Assembly: GCA_951406725.2 (NCBI GenBank)
Contig: OX597820.1
Coordinates: forward strand, 51,956,001-52,020,000
Source of the DNA: Octopus vulgaris
Lineage: Eukaryota
DNA: 64,000 nucleotides
Direction: 5' to 3'
The translations under genes and the position numbers were made by a program. Positions 39,146 through 54,230 of this stretch are shown here, in pieces. How positions within the stretch are numbered: position 1 is the first letter of the stretch; the number at the start of each line of letters is the position of its first letter. The notes below the pieces were generated by a model. That model worked only from the letters and a program-made list of their open reading frames with translations. It ran no database searches and had not been told where the DNA came from.

Positions 39146-39179
<34 letters not shown>

Positions 39180-39226
39180 CGCAGTCATAAACGGATATAT
39201 CTAAATATATGTGTAAGTAAAAGTTC

Positions 39227-39265
<39 letters not shown>

Positions 39266-40524
39266 TATCTGTGTGTATTTATATAGCTACGCTTACCCAC
39301 GAGTAAATACATGCTTATATGCATCCCAAAATATTTATATATAAAATCATACATATATACATACATATACACATACACAAATTAACAAATGTAACACAAA
39401 GGAACTGGCCTGTTGTGGACATTCTTTAACTAGAAAGATCTAACAGTATGCGTGAATATGAAATCTAGCAATGAAAGTTGATATTTGCTCTAAGATTTTC
39501 GATGTATTTATGAGAAACTAATATATTCTATCAGCCATCTGTTAAAATAGCGATCGAGTAGAATCAGAAACAAAGCAAACATATTAAAAAGAAAAAAATA
39601 TATCTCCAAAAGCTGAATAGTTCCAACTCTCTCAGACGGTCATGTTTCCCAGTAGATCAAGATCTAACCAATAAATTATATAATGTGTTTCGGGCATTTT
39701 ATGAGATTTTCTGCAGCTGGTAGGAAAGGTTTATATTATAGGTAGGAGTATATATTCGTTTGCACACACACACACACACACATACACACACACATACACA
39801 CACACACACATAGACACACACGTGTATGTGTACGTGTATACAAAAATGTATAAGTATATATATATATATATACATATAGAGAAAGCTATCTATATATATA
39901 TATTTATGAATATGCCGCGCTCTCCATATATACGTATACTTGTGTATATGTATTTGTGTATGTATATATATACGCAAATGTCGTCGATCTTAGTGTGTAT
40001 CGTTGACGCTTTCATATAACAATTACCTGATGTGTGTACCCATTCACAAAGAATTCTTTTCAGATTCCAGACATCAAGTTTCACAGAAAATTATCTTCTT
40101 CTCATCTCTCACTCTTTATTTCCTTTCTTTTGCCTATGCAAATATTTTCCACCAATATTCCGTGCGATCTCTAGATTTATTGCTATTTAGTTTATATGTA
40201 TTTTCCTTTCGATTATATTCTTTCCCATATACTAAAAGTATTGTTACTAATACATTTTTTCTTTTCTTTACCGTTTTACAACAATTCGTTTTGTCTTGGA
40301 ATCTATTTCAAGGCAGAATAGAATCACGCTTGCAATATAGAATCACTCGAGACGAGATATCCTTCTGTTTTCGGGCGATTTTAACACAGCTTCGATAAAT
40401 ACCTACACACAAACACACATATAACCAAAGTTGAGAGATGTTAAAAATATAATAGAATAATTGTACATACTAAAAGAATGCAAAACTATCTTGTATAGAA
40501 ATCAGTATTGTAGGTCAAGTTAAG

Positions 40525-40860
40525 GCGGGGCTGACAGAAACATTAGGATGCGGGGCACCAAGCTTGCGCATTTCGTCTGCAAGATGAGATGGGGTAGATA
40601 TAATAAAATTAACCACACCCTAGAAATTACTAGCCTTCTTCCAAAATCTAAAGACCGATATGGTGATAACTTACGCGTTATCGTGCTAGGCACAATTGCT
40701 TAGCAGCATTTCGTAGGCATTTACGGAGTGATTTCAAATTTTTCCGAGGTCGATTTATCTTTCAACTATTCGGTGTTGGTAGAATAAGTACCAGTTGACC
40801 ACTGCGGTCAATGCAAACGACATATTCCTGACCATTGCACCAAAAATTTTAATAGTTATA
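40525..40860 (+). mobile_element. Degenerate SINE copies
   Basis: gaggtcgatttatctttca..agaataagtaccagttg central domain. Confidence 0.55.
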
Positions 40861-41011
40861 GTGGGTCAACAACCCCACACTAGATGAAAATTTCCAGTCG
40901 TTTCGAGTCTGTATATCTTTGGTGTATGCAGCCGCTTGTATACAAAATCAAATATCCAGAAACCTATATATATATATATATAAAGAGAGAGAGAGAGAGA
41001 TAGATAGATAT

Positions 41012-41045
<34 letters not shown>

Positions 41046-41218
41046 TGATAGATAGATAGATAGATAGATAAATAAATAGATAGATACCTACATACATACG
41101 TACATACATACATACATACATAAGATTACTTGGAAATGGATGCGTGGCGTTCAATCAAATAATAATATAAATAATATATATATATATATATACATACATA
41201 TGTTTATATGGGTGCAAG

Positions 41219-41900
41219 ACGTCACCAACAGTAGACAGGAAATACGAAAACAAATGAGTTCAATACTCAAACAACGAGAGAAACAAATGGAAAACAGGAC
41301 AAGTAACACACAAAGAACGACCCTTTATCTGTTGTCAACTGTCTATCAACTCCTTATTTCGAGCATTGAACGACAATATGAGTCTTCGAAGACAGTTGCT
41401 GCTATGAGTGCCAAAATAAAATTTGTGATTTATGGGCGGCCATAGTTGGGAACAAAAGCAAGCCAGTGGAGAGGTACAAGGAAACCGAACGAAAACAAAC
41501 ATGGATGGTCGTTAGACTAGTACGAGGGTAAAACAGCGAAAGCTGGAGAAATATTTTCTTTGACAAGAGGAAAGAGATAGGATACGTCCAGTTTTGTGAC
41601 AGTACTGAAAGAAATGAAAGATGATCACGTGAGGAAAATAAAAATGGACGACGGTCACGTGTAAGCAACGGGATCATCTTTCCTCTAAAAACCTCATATT
41701 TTGTTTCGGTAACTATGGGAATAAACCATCTTCTAAGACACATATGTTCATTCAATGGTCGAAATCATGAATAGAAAGACAGACGACAACTGATGAGGGG
41801 TCAATCTTTGTGTTACTTGTCTTGTCTTCCATTTGTTTCGTTGTTTGCGTATTGAACTCGTTTGTGTACCGTATTTCATGTTATTTACTTTTGGTGACAT
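41219..41900. mobile_element. Non-coding element with about 175-bp imperfect terminal inverted repeats
   Basis: 41219-41395 is the reverse complement of about 41730-41900. Flanked by (TA)n and (TG)n. Confidence 0.75.
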
Positions 41901-42470
41901 ATATCTATGTGTGTGTATGTGTGTGTATGTGTATGTGTGTGTGTGCGTGCGTGTGTGTGTGCGTGCGTGTGTGTGTGTAATATCGAGTTAGAGGACATAG
42001 TGACCTAATGGATAAAAATGAATTTATTACTTAATCAACATATTCACTAACAACTGTTAAAATTACAAAACACATATAAATATATAATTTTGCAAAGGAC
42101 AATAAGGATTACTTTAGGATACGCTTAGAATACACATAATATATAGACATGGTTTTCCATAGAAGGTATTTACAATGTAAAATTATGTATTTATATATAT
42201 TTTATCATTTTAATTTTGTTTGTGAAATGAAACGACTGTTGGTGAATCTGTTGATTAATTAATAAAATAATTTGCATCCATTAGAAGGTTCTCTTTTCGA
42301 ACTCGATAATAATGTTTGAGATTTTACAAAATTCTATATAATATATTCGTTGCTGAAATATCTCTTCAAATTTTAATCTATTCAACCAGTGTATCTTGAA
42401 TAAATATCCCTATAAGAGTTTTAGATATCCTCATTGCAACTATGTGTGTGTGTGTGTGTGTGTGTATCAA

Positions 42471-42626
42471 CAATTGCAACATGGAAGGTGTTTATAAGCC
42501 ATTTCATAACACAGAAAAACCGTTAGAATTACTCCAATATTTAATCTAAATGTTGAAGTGAATCTAAATTTTGTGTGTGTGTGTGTTTTTTTTTAATGAC
42601 TTATAAATACCTTCCACGCTGAAATT
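42471..42626. repeat. Foldback element, internally deleted relative of 63340-63577
   Basis: caattgcaacatggaaggtgtttataagccatt ... aatgacttataaataccttccacgctgaaatt. Confidence 0.75.
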
Positions 42627-42677
42627 ATTTTCGTTTCATGATCTCAGATCATGACACTATACAAGTACATCTCAGTA

Positions 42678-42714
<37 letters not shown>

Positions 42715-43149
42715 GAAATATTTTGTTTAAGAATAAAATGCATATTCCTATCCAAGATTCGAAACCACAAGCGTAAATTCAAAACCCACATCTCCGAAAC
42801 CACTATGCAATGCATCTCCACAGCAGCACACTCACGCATGCCCACACACGTACATACACATACACACTCAGCGTTGGTAAATTTAATGTGCTATTAATGT
42901 GCTTTAAAACACGACCAAATCAAAATAGATCTAAAATTCGTTATAGTAAATTTTTAATGCATAGGATATGTTTGATGTGATTTTTGCTGACTTGTTAAAA
43001 TCATTTCCGTTCTTAGTATAAGGGTGCACCTACAAGAGTTACAGCATATTTATTATTTATTGAGCATTTTGTGATATTAAGCGTGTGATTAGATCAGTCG
43101 AAGCGTGTTTTGTAAAGCACATATTACTCAATCCATTAGATATACACAT

Positions 43150-43395
<246 letters not shown>

Positions 43396-43949
43396 TGGCT
43401 AATGAATTTCCGTTGTTGGATGATGGTGTGTCAGTCGCTGATCAATCGAATTAGCTGCTCTAAATAACCACGTAACTGACTGAGCATTCCACGGGCGCCT
43501 ACACATTTAAAAATCGTTTCCTCCTGAATAAACGCGACAAACCGATATTTTTCGAAGTAAAGACGTAATGCTTTTCTATATTATTTGTGTATTCAATTTT
43601 CCTCCCAATGTATAAGTTGATTGAAGTCTAAATAAAACGTTATGGGCTCATACTTTAATGTCGTTGAACTGTAATCAAACCTTCTGGTGTAGACGAGAAC
43701 TTAATGGCCAGTGAATCTTTTATCAGTTTTTCTTTCCTTCCCTCTGTATTTCGAACTCACTATATAGTTTCTTTCACCTTCCGACCGTCCGTACACCTAT
43801 TAAAATTATAAGCTCATCCACAACTGCCCATTTCTTCCCTTTGTCCCCACAACCGCTCCTCTCTTTCTCTTACCATTTCTGCTCACCTTCAAACCAGAGA
43901 CGGGAAGCTCCTAGAAAGATGATCCACTGGGCTCAGTATCATCTTAACT

Positions 43950-44335
43950 GGTGCTATAGAATGCGTACGCCGGTGTTGTAACGCCTGCTCATGACCAGCA
44001 CTGAGCGTAGGTCATAATGTCATGTTACTCAGAACTTCTGTCTGTTGCACATAGTCTAACCTTCTAAGTTGCTTGATATTCAAAATTTACAGGGCACATT
44101 ACATTGGGGAAACTGGTCAATGTCTTGTTGACAGTCTTCGGGAGTGCATTCACAGCATACTGATCGAGGCCAACCTGTCTCCACTCATTTCAACACTAAA
44201 GACCATTATACCATTCATTCATCAGTGCCCGACATCCCTGCATTCTATGGATCCGCATTTTAAAAGAAAATGAGGACATAGCTTTTCATATTCGAACTTG
44301 ACACCATGTCACCGAGAGGGTTAAACAAATGCTTT
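43950..44335 (+). mobile_element. Penelope-like GIY-YIG endonuclease remnant (3' end)
   Basis: YIGETGQCLVDSLRE at about 44100 and FIFELDTMSPRGLN at about 44285-44326. Confidence 0.7.
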
Positions 44336-44739
44336 TTCCCTCCCATTCCAAATCCTTGTCTTAATTCATTAAACATTGTCTTATCTAGAAACTTTCCTCG
44401 CCCTCATTTTCCCTACCACTTCCCTCAGGATTTTGCCTGTCTTTGTTCTTAGTCCTATTCTGCTTTCATTCTACTTTATCACACCGTTTCTTAAGTAGGG
44501 AACGCACGTAGTACTTCGTTCATTATCAGTTGCAGAAACATTTTTTGCTCAATTATGCTGCCTCTCTATAATTTCTATCCTTTCAAATTTAGCCCTAAAC
44601 AGGAATCTGTCGGAAATGACTTTTCATACTCAGGGCAAATTCATTGTGCTCCTTTTTATGAATTTTACTAAAAAAATATGTCTTGCTGTCACAGACCATG
44701 ACCAGCCACGTTGAAGTCCATGTGATCATATGTATGATC

Positions 44740-44791
<52 letters not shown>

Positions 44792-45459
44792 CTGTACATA
44801 TATATATATATATAAAAGGATAGAAAAGTAAAAGGATATATATATATATATATATCTATATATATATACTTTTACTTTTCTATCCTTTTACTAGTTTCAG
44901 TCACTGGACTGCTATCATGCTAGAGCACATATATACATAAATGTGTGTGTGTGTATTTACATTTTAGTGTGCCGTTATAGGTGGTATCAACAAAAAGGTA
45001 TCCATATTCATTGAGACACGAACGTCATTTAATATATACAGTATGAGAATATGAACTACTAAAATTTTCTTGCTGTAGAAACACCATAATTCGGCATATT
45101 CACTTAACGTGCCCTGTGATACGAATATATACAGCTGGCCCTATTTAAAAAAGAAAGCTCCTTTTTTTCTTTGAGAAAATATGACGAAAGAAAAATCGAG
45201 AAGTTCTAATGAAAAAAAATGTGAGAAGAGAAACAAATGATAAAAAGAAAAAACGGAAAGGTAAAGGAAAGGAAAAAAAAAACAATTGTTGCTTCCCTTT
45301 TGCCATTTGAAATAATAATTCGCCATCTAGGGGTGCAGAATAATTTTCTATTAGAAACCGTACTGCTGGAGTGAGGAAGTTTAAGATGTACATGTATTGC
45401 TAAATCAACCCGATTGGATTTCCCTCACCAAATTGAGAGGAGAGGATACAACAACATTA

Positions 45460-45591
<132 letters not shown>

Positions 45592-45850
45592 TTATTCATT
45601 TCAAGGAAAATGAACTGAAACGATAATAATTCTACATAATTCTTATCGTGATTGACAACATATCCAATTTCACAATTTAAAAATTGATCAACATTGGTAA
45701 TTTAATCAAGATGAAACTGATATTATGGATTTACACTTGGCTCACAGGTACTTCATTTTCTAATGATGCACTTGTTAGCATGGTCATTCTTTGCATGTTA
45801 ACTGTTATATATGCTCTTGCAAACATACACATAGTTCCATATATTTTTAT

Positions 45851-45917
<67 letters not shown>

Positions 45918-47418
45918 CTAATATTCGTTAGAAATATCACCACCAGCGGCCTAGCATGTATAAATTGTCAATAGACAACATATTCTTATTTCAAAATAGT
46001 GTACATTTATACACAAGAGAAAACTACTCTTTAACAGGTAATTTTTACATGCTAGAAGAAGTAGCCAAAACGGCCAAAAACACGATTTAAAAAATAAAAA
46101 CTTTTACCTTGTTATTTTTTTGCGGTAATACCATCGTTTCAAATTTCTTTAACGAATAAGATTATCTGCCACCGTTTAATAGGTAATCTAGCAAATAAGA
46201 TTATCTGCCACGTGAATTCTCATCAGTAACCGGCCTTAAAAACTAACTTATAATTCAGAGACAAACACGTGTCCCATCGTTATATGTTATAATTTTTCAA
46301 GAACAGGTAAGAGGACAATAAAAAAAGCCATACCACGTGGCAGTACGCCTACACCCGAAAATGCCGGTTGGCAATTTGATGCCTGAGGTTCGCATCAAGT
46401 GCCTTCTACGGCTGTAATCCTGAACTACAATGGACTTGTCTCAGAGAACATTTCTAGTAACCTTTGGGTACCCCTTCGTATGAGTGTGTATATAGGTGCG
46501 CGCGCGTGTGTACAATGAGAAGAAGGGGAGAAATTATAATTAATCCAAACAGGTGGAGGAATAGAAGTGACATTGAAAATGCACACATAATATCTTATAA
46601 TTAATTGGAATTTAATTAAATTTTAAAATCAATCAATACACTTGTCCCGTTTCTCAATAGATTTTCAAACGTAAAGTGTGAGGTGTTCTGTCACGAGTTA
46701 TGTATATTTTGTTTTAAAAATAGTGTTTTTAAAATAGGAATATAGCTCAGAACGCTGTCTATTAATGTAATTTAAAGATGCGCAGCGTATTTCACCTGGA
46801 ATATGGTAACGTAATGGTTCAGAAGAATATAAAATACTTTAGATAGGTTTTATCTTTAATGAGGTCATATGTAAGGATGAAGTTTGGACAGCGGTCCTTA
46901 GAAACTCTGAGGCAATTTCTTCAGAACATGGAGGTGATCAGTTCTTTTTTGCTTAATCACTTGCAGTAAATTGAAGCTTACCGGAAACCAAATCTTGAAG
47001 ACGATTCTGCACTATTCATTAGGATTACGCTTTCTGGACAATAACGGTAAAATTTCATAACTGACACTCCGTGGTTGTTCTATACGTAACACATACAACT
47101 TCAAAGCAGAATTCCTCAACGTTGTTTTACTTTCTAGACAGACAGTTGCTTTATTTGAAATTATGCATAATCAACATTACCATAATACAGAAGAAGGTTT
47201 TGTGTTTCTCTTCGTTTCTACTATGGCATGCATCTCCATCACAAAAGCAGCCGCTGCAGTAACATGTGCACCATTTCTACGGAGTAGATTCCTACTTCCC
47301 TGAAATAAAAATCCATTGCACCCACATAACGAAAAGGAGTGGACAATAGCACATCCCATCATGAAACCCAGCCATTTGGTAGGCATGTACATAATTATCT
47401 ATCTATCTATCTATCTGA

Positions 47419-47478
<60 letters not shown>

Positions 47479-48224
47479 ATATCTATCTATTTATCTATCT
47501 GTTTGTCTGCCTGCCTTCCTCGCTGTCCAGTGATTGATCGATCTATGTATACGTGTATGATTCTGCCTGGGAGTATATATATATATATGTGTGTGTGTCT
47601 GCCTGTCTGTCTGTCTATCTCTGCCTTTGTGTGTGTATGTGTGAGCGTGTGTGCCTGTGTTAGTGTACATGCTTACATGCCAGCATATACTTAAACATAT
47701 GCAACAAATACCATCTGATATGACATTCTCCATGTCAAACAATTGCACATTACATTATCCGTTTGTCTAAATTCACTCACGCTCCTGTTTATTACTTTCC
47801 TTTTTTCACATTTCTACATTTTTTTTTTTACACTGTTTAGATTACTTTCTCTCATTTTTACATGAATGTGAACACTAACCACTGAATAATCAATTACGAT
47901 TCTGTAGATAACCCTTCTTTTATTTTTCATTTATTACAAAACAATTTACTACATCATCTGAACATCAACATCATGTTAACATTTTTTTATGCTTACGTGT
48001 AAATCCTGATCCTAAAAGCTTTCTGGCGACAATGAAGATAAATTTCTGGCGGCTATGCAGTTATTAATATTGAAGCGGATTTTATCTGTGTTTTAGTCTT
48101 TGCTGTATTCGTTGTAGATTATTTCTTTTTGTTTTTTACCTGTGTCTGCTGTTGGGATTGCATCGTTCTTAATCATACTGATGTTATTTCTGGGCTTCTT
48201 GCTGTTGATAATAAAAATAATAAC

Positions 48225-48278
<54 letters not shown>

Positions 48279-48285
48279 TATAGTA

Positions 48286-48353
<68 letters not shown>

Positions 48354-48357
48354 CATT

Positions 48358-48575
48358 CAGGCAACGAGCTGGCAGAATCTTTATCACTACGAGAAAATTG
48401 CTTAGCGGTATTTCGTCTGCCACTATGTTCTGAGTTCAAATTTTTTCAAAGGTCGACTTTGTCTTGCATCCTTCCGGAGTCGATAAATTAAGTACCAGTT
48501 GCGTACCATGGTCGATGTAATCGACTAGTCCCCCCCTCTCCAACATTGCTACCCTTGTGGCAAAATTTGAAACCG
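48358..48575 (+). mobile_element. MetaSINE-like SINE between oppositely oriented (AAT)n and (ATT)n arrays
   Basis: gagctggcagaatc head and cttgcatccttccggagtcgataaattaagtaccag domain. Confidence 0.8.
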
Positions 48576-48587
48576 TTATTATTATTT

Positions 48588-48717
<130 letters not shown>

Positions 48718-49649
48718 CATTATGTCTTCATCATCATCATCATCATCATCATTATCATCATCATTGTTGCCACCGTTGTCGTCGTCGTAGATGTAGTTTT
48801 TTTCATGTTTTATAAACATCACCACCACTATCACTGCTACAAATATCCTTACCATCATCATCATCGCCTTCCCCACCTTCACCATTAAGACATGCAAGCA
48901 TACAAATTTACATAATCAATTACTAGCATATGTTTTGATTACTGGATCCGTATTTGTGCGAGCATCTTGGCTACTCGTGTGGACGAAAAATGGGATCCGG
49001 TACATTAAGTTTAAAATGCCGAAAACTATTACTTTACACAATAAATCTTCACATTTATCCAAAATAAGAGCAATGAACCAGGCGCTTATACCGATTCAGG
49101 GAGCCTTTAAACACCACATTATTTAATTCTTCAAATAACACATGAATGTCAATATTCGCGCATGAATAATATCTGCATAGATTATGGGGTGGTTGAAAAG
49201 CATTAGGGTTGGAAATTAATCTGGAAAATTGTTTTTGAATGCTGAACCAGTATACTCACCGAGAGAAGGTGTACAGACAGCTGCACAGAGAAGGTACACA
49301 AAGGTGTAGTTCTGGCGAGGAAAACGCATATGAAGTATCGAGCGATGATGTAACATTGCTCTATCTGCAGTAATCTTCAAAATGACAAGAATATACATAA
49401 ATAAACTAGAGATAAATGTAAGAAACAAAATACATTTAGTTAGGAATTGTACAACTAGAGAATACTGAAACAGTGAAAAAAAACAAGGAATTACCTGACA
49501 AGGAATAGAAATACGGATGCAGTATAAACACATAGAGGTGAAAATCGACAGTCTCTGTGGATCTATAATTGAGTATGTCACACTCATCATAATGAGCTGT
49601 CAGAAAATGTGATCGATCTATGACGCATTTTCTAATCAAAATATTGTAC

Positions 49650-50800
49650 GTTTCAATGTGTAGAAATTGGAAACATGACGACAAAGATATAATATTTTAC
49701 TTGACGTGAAGATAATCATCTTTATAATATGGAAGAATGCCTTTTACTGAATGCGGACCAAGGGAAAATTTCATGTACTCGAAGACATGTAAGTTTAATG
49801 CCATTAATGATCCCTTCAATGTTTTGCGTGTCAATATCTGTAGAAAAGAAAGGATCAAGACGGAGATACGAAAGAAATGTTGTTTTCTTGATGCGTTTTA
49901 TGCTTGACGTTTTTGCTCCTACGTAAGATATGATTTTGCATATAGATTATTCTATTCTTTCAGAACTAATACATTTCTGGGATAGGTGTATATAAAATGA
50001 ATGCTTAGAAATGTATGATGAATGAACTTGCCGTATCATCGGCGTAAGATGGGCCTTGTTGGCATGCTGGTAAGTAAGATTTTAAAGAATTCAGTTAGTG
50101 ACACAAGGTACATCAGACTCGGCTTTGAGAAAGGAGCTCCACCAACGGGTGCCTTGACTTATCCACCGATTAGGAAAATACTGTTACTAACGTTAGAATA
50201 ATGGTAAGAATTTCCCGTGTAAAATCTTAGCAAAATGAATGCATAACAAATGTAAAGTAACTATCTGATAAAGAAGAAAGTAATTGTAAGCAAGAATGGA
50301 AATCAGTTAGTCTTTGAAAGTTAAAATAATGATTAAGAGAAAGAGGAGAGAAAATATTTGAAGCAAACTATACAAAAATCTGTTGTTTGTCCATGCAAAC
50401 TCTTCCATATATTTCCGTTCTATTTAAAATTGTAGCAGCAGTTGACAATAGGAGTAGTTTGATTTGGGGCTTGAAACAAAACAACTGCTCAATTCACTGG
50501 TGCAGGAATTACTTAGTGGAAGTAGGGGCATTGTATTGTCAAATTTGGAAGAGGACGGTCTCAAAACATGGGTCAGCATCAATTACAATATTAGCATTTG
50601 ATACAGGTTAGATACACTCCCGCCATTGTGTTGTAATTTGATATGAGACTTTTATGGGCATGTGTCAGTCTAATACAGTTATGTTCAGTTTTTAATCTAG
50701 TATTGTGGATGAATAATTTTAGCGAGTAGTATCTTTATTCAAATTGTAGAGGTCTGGAAAGATCTTATTATCAGAATATAAACACTGGTATATTTAATGA
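49650..50800 (-). mobile_element. Decayed non-LTR retrotransposon RT fragment(s)
   Basis: YADDT at 50046-50032, with weak upstream RT-like remnants. Boundaries are approximate. Confidence 0.4.
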
Positions 50801-50931
50801 TGCTGTTACAAATACGTTGATGTCAAATTAAAGTTATTGAAAATTAGATGTAAATAGATTTTGATCTGATTATTCAGGTTTTATATATATGCATCATTCC
50901 ACTTATAGTTACTTGGTGGTTGTTGGAATCC

Positions 50932-50984
<53 letters not shown>

Positions 50985-50989
50985 AACAT

Positions 50990-51130
50990 ATAAACGACGT
51001 GCTGCCTTCAGTGTCCGTCTACCAAATCCACTCACAGATTTTGGGTCAGCCTGAAGCTTTCGTAGAAGACACTCGCCCAAGGTGCCTCTTTGTGAGACTG
51101 AAACCGGAACCATGTGGTTGTTAAGCAAAG
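50990..51130 (-). mobile_element. CORE-like tRNA-SINE fragment
   Basis: Reverse complement reads aaccacatggttccggtttcagtctc..ggcaccttgggcgagtgtcttct. Confidence 0.7.
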
Positions 51131-51149
51131 TGACTAAAATTGGACTGAC

Positions 51150-52110
51150 ATAATATTATATTAATAAATTAGCAGCAGTTCACAAAGAAGCAGTTCCCTG
51201 TGAGCTGTTAATACAGCGCGTTTGACCTCGTGTATAAGTGGACGTAGTGTGTCATGTGAATACTTGCTTTTTCCCCATCTTCGTTAATTTATTTATCCAA
51301 CAACAATACCTAAAAGTGGCAATGAGTTGTTCGAAGCTTTCGTTCGACATTTACTAAATTTCTCTATTTATTTATTTTTTGGTACGAAACTAAATAAAAA
51401 ATCGTTTTAACATGGAAGATTTATTCGCCACCGTGGTTCAGTTGCAACAGCAAGAACAGCAGCAACGTCTACTGCAGCAAAAGCAATTACAACAGCACTG
51501 CAACAGCACCAAAAACAGCAACCACAACAACTATAGCAGCGACAACAACAAAATTAACAGATGGAATCAATGTTGAGGAAGTCTTAAAATACTTCTGGTA
51601 CGAACTCACCAGATAGCCTAGTAAACTCAATTGAAGAAATAAGTTATAATCAAGAAGGCGGGATTACCTTCTCTGCATATTTTCGAAGATACGAAGAAAT
51701 CTTCAAAGGAAAATGTAAGAGTTAGACGAAAGTATTCCCTAGACGAACACGAAAAATATAGTAACTGTATTCGGTTGAAGAAACCAGGTGAGGTTTGTTT
51801 CTATAAAGCAAAGTTCATGGAAAATATTCAGCGATTGCTAAAGGAAATTCACATTGGTCAACAAGGAATTTCGAGAATGAAATTATTAATGAGAAGTTAT
51901 GTATATTGGCCAAAAATGGGCCGAGGCATTCAAGAAGTAGGGAAAGCATGCTGAGAGTGTACCCTAGCTGCACCAGCACCTACCAAAACTAGATATTCCT
52001 TCGCCCAGACTGCATGTTGATTACGCAGGTTCACTTTAGGGTTCACATTGCCTTGTTGTGGCGGATAGTTTTTCAGAGTAGCCTGAAGTGCATAAGTGTA
52101 AGGTAACTGG
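51150..52110 (+). mobile_element. Gypsy (Mag/K02A2.6-like) remnant: PBS, gag N-terminus and integrase zinc-binding region
   Basis: PBS-like TGGCAATGAG at about 51317; ATG at 51412 with a poly-Q stretch; FSAYFRRYEEIF; IHIGQQGISRMKLLMRSYVYWP at about 51847. Confidence 0.75.
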
Positions 52111-52559
52111 CAGTTCACGAATGACGTTACGCAAAACATTTCCAATTCCATTTTCCGCTCGCAAAGCGGCAATCGCGGGATCTCCAACAGGTTCCACGTT
52201 TTCCGAAATCAGTCTTGACAGACAATCTCCATCATGGTGTATACTCTATCATAGTTTAATAATATCGTACCCCAGTGTTGTAACCTATTAGTAGTATGCA
52301 TAGGTTTTCCTTTTTTTCGACCTAAGTATCAATAATAACGGACGGTGATCATTCTCTAGACGAAAACGTCTACCGTGCAAAAATCTGTGAAATTTATTTA
52401 CAACAAAAATGAACGCTAGATGTTCTTTTTAGATTCGACTATATTTTTCCTCTACTGATATCAGAGAACGTGAAGCATAAAACACCGCCTTCATGTTACC
52501 ATCTTTATATATATATATAGCATTACAGCTCCTCTAACGTACTCAGAAGGATCTGAAAC

Positions 52560-54230
52560 TACAATAATCTCTACTGCAGGATCGGAGTGTGTTAACATCA
52601 TATCAGATATTAATTTATGTATTTTTTAAATTTCTTCGAACACTTCTGGCAATTTTTCCACAAATTCCGTATTTTGTCACATCTTTTTCTATTGGGGCCC
52701 TCACCTAATGCATATTTGGAATATAAGTTTGGTAATAATATGCCAGTCCGCGCAAAATGCTCGTAAGGTCGCTATATTAGTTGGAGGGGGCACATTTTTG
52801 TTTGCGTCTGCCCTCGACGGGTTTGGTCGACGTCTATTTCTGTGAATGATATCTTATCTAAATATCTTATTTTCGGTAAGAAAATTTCACACTTCTCTTC
52901 TTCACTTAAAGCAAATGCGTAATTCCTAATCTTTTCGAATACATATTTTATGTGCTGATCGTGTTGATCCCTGGATTAGCTTACAATGTGTAAATCATCC
53001 TGATATGAAATTTCGTATTCTCAGTCCGCTAACATTGCATCCAAGATATCTTGAAAAGTCGCTGCTGCGACTTTTAATCGAGATAGTAATCTTTTGTATT
53101 TATATAGTCCTTTATGTTCATTAATTCTTACGTATTTAGAGCATTCATTTGCTAATTTGTTTTGTAGCTACACATCAGACATATCCAATTTAGAAAATAT
53201 CTCGCCACCGTTTAATTTCGTTACCTCCAGAGTAGGTAGCGGTAAGCGACACGTTTTAAAGACATTCGTTTAAAACAGTGCAAAAATTAGTACACACTAT
53301 TTTATTCTTTCGGTACTGGCCATTCAGAATAACTCCATTTGTTTTCTACTTTCTATAACTCTAAGTTTATCTGATGAAACGCTGCGAACGGTACCGTTCG
53401 ATTTTGTTTAAATGACGGTATAGCGTTTTCTTGTACTTGAAACTATGCCTTCGTTTCATTACAGAAACTTAATTTATCGGATAGAACTCCAGGAAAAATA
53501 TTAATTTTTTTTTCTTTTTTGTTTTGCAATTCATCTGGCGACTTATTTATGCTGTAGGAGAAATCATTTACATTGTTAGAGAAAAGATAATTCCATCCAG
53601 TCAGTATCGAACGAGATTGCTGTACTACTTAACACAAAAACTTTTGCCTTTAAGGCTTTTACACGAAATTTTTTTATTGAAACACCACGTGCAAATTTCG
53701 CTGTTCCATTTGATTTAGGTTTCCTGATTTTTTTCCGTGTATTTGTGTTAATCATTGAGGTGTTCGCTGCTTATATCCAATTGTAACTTTACGTTTGTGT
53801 TATTAATCTTTACACAAACAAATTTTCTTTGAGGATCTTTTGTATTTTTGTCTGCGATAATCGCTTTACGTGATTTTTTTCTGTTGAACCTTATTTTAGG
53901 TTCTCTCCTAGATTGTGAGTTTTTATAGACTATTTCCCCAAACTTGTAGTATTTTGTATTTTTAAAAGGACAGTTATTTTAGAAATGTATATCACCATAA
54001 CATGGATTCGGTGCTGCTATTGTTTTGTCTATTTTCTTATTCGTCAGAGGTCTACACGCCTGAATCTCAGAGCAGCCTTTTTCTTCACCTTTATATCAAA
54101 GGTTAACCGTAGACTGCTACAACAAGAACTGCCAAACGTACATAATTCTTTGTTTTATAACAAGGAGACAGTCAAACTTTTGTCACTGCAGAGTTGGTCG
54201 GAATCCTTCCACCACAATATCTATATTAAT
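52560..54230 (-). mobile_element. Gypsy remnant: gag zinc knuckle, protease and RT
   Basis: Minus-strand KLQLDISS (protease), FSKLDMSDV and INEHKGLYKYKRLL..ATFQDILDAML..YQDD (RT). Confidence 0.8.
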
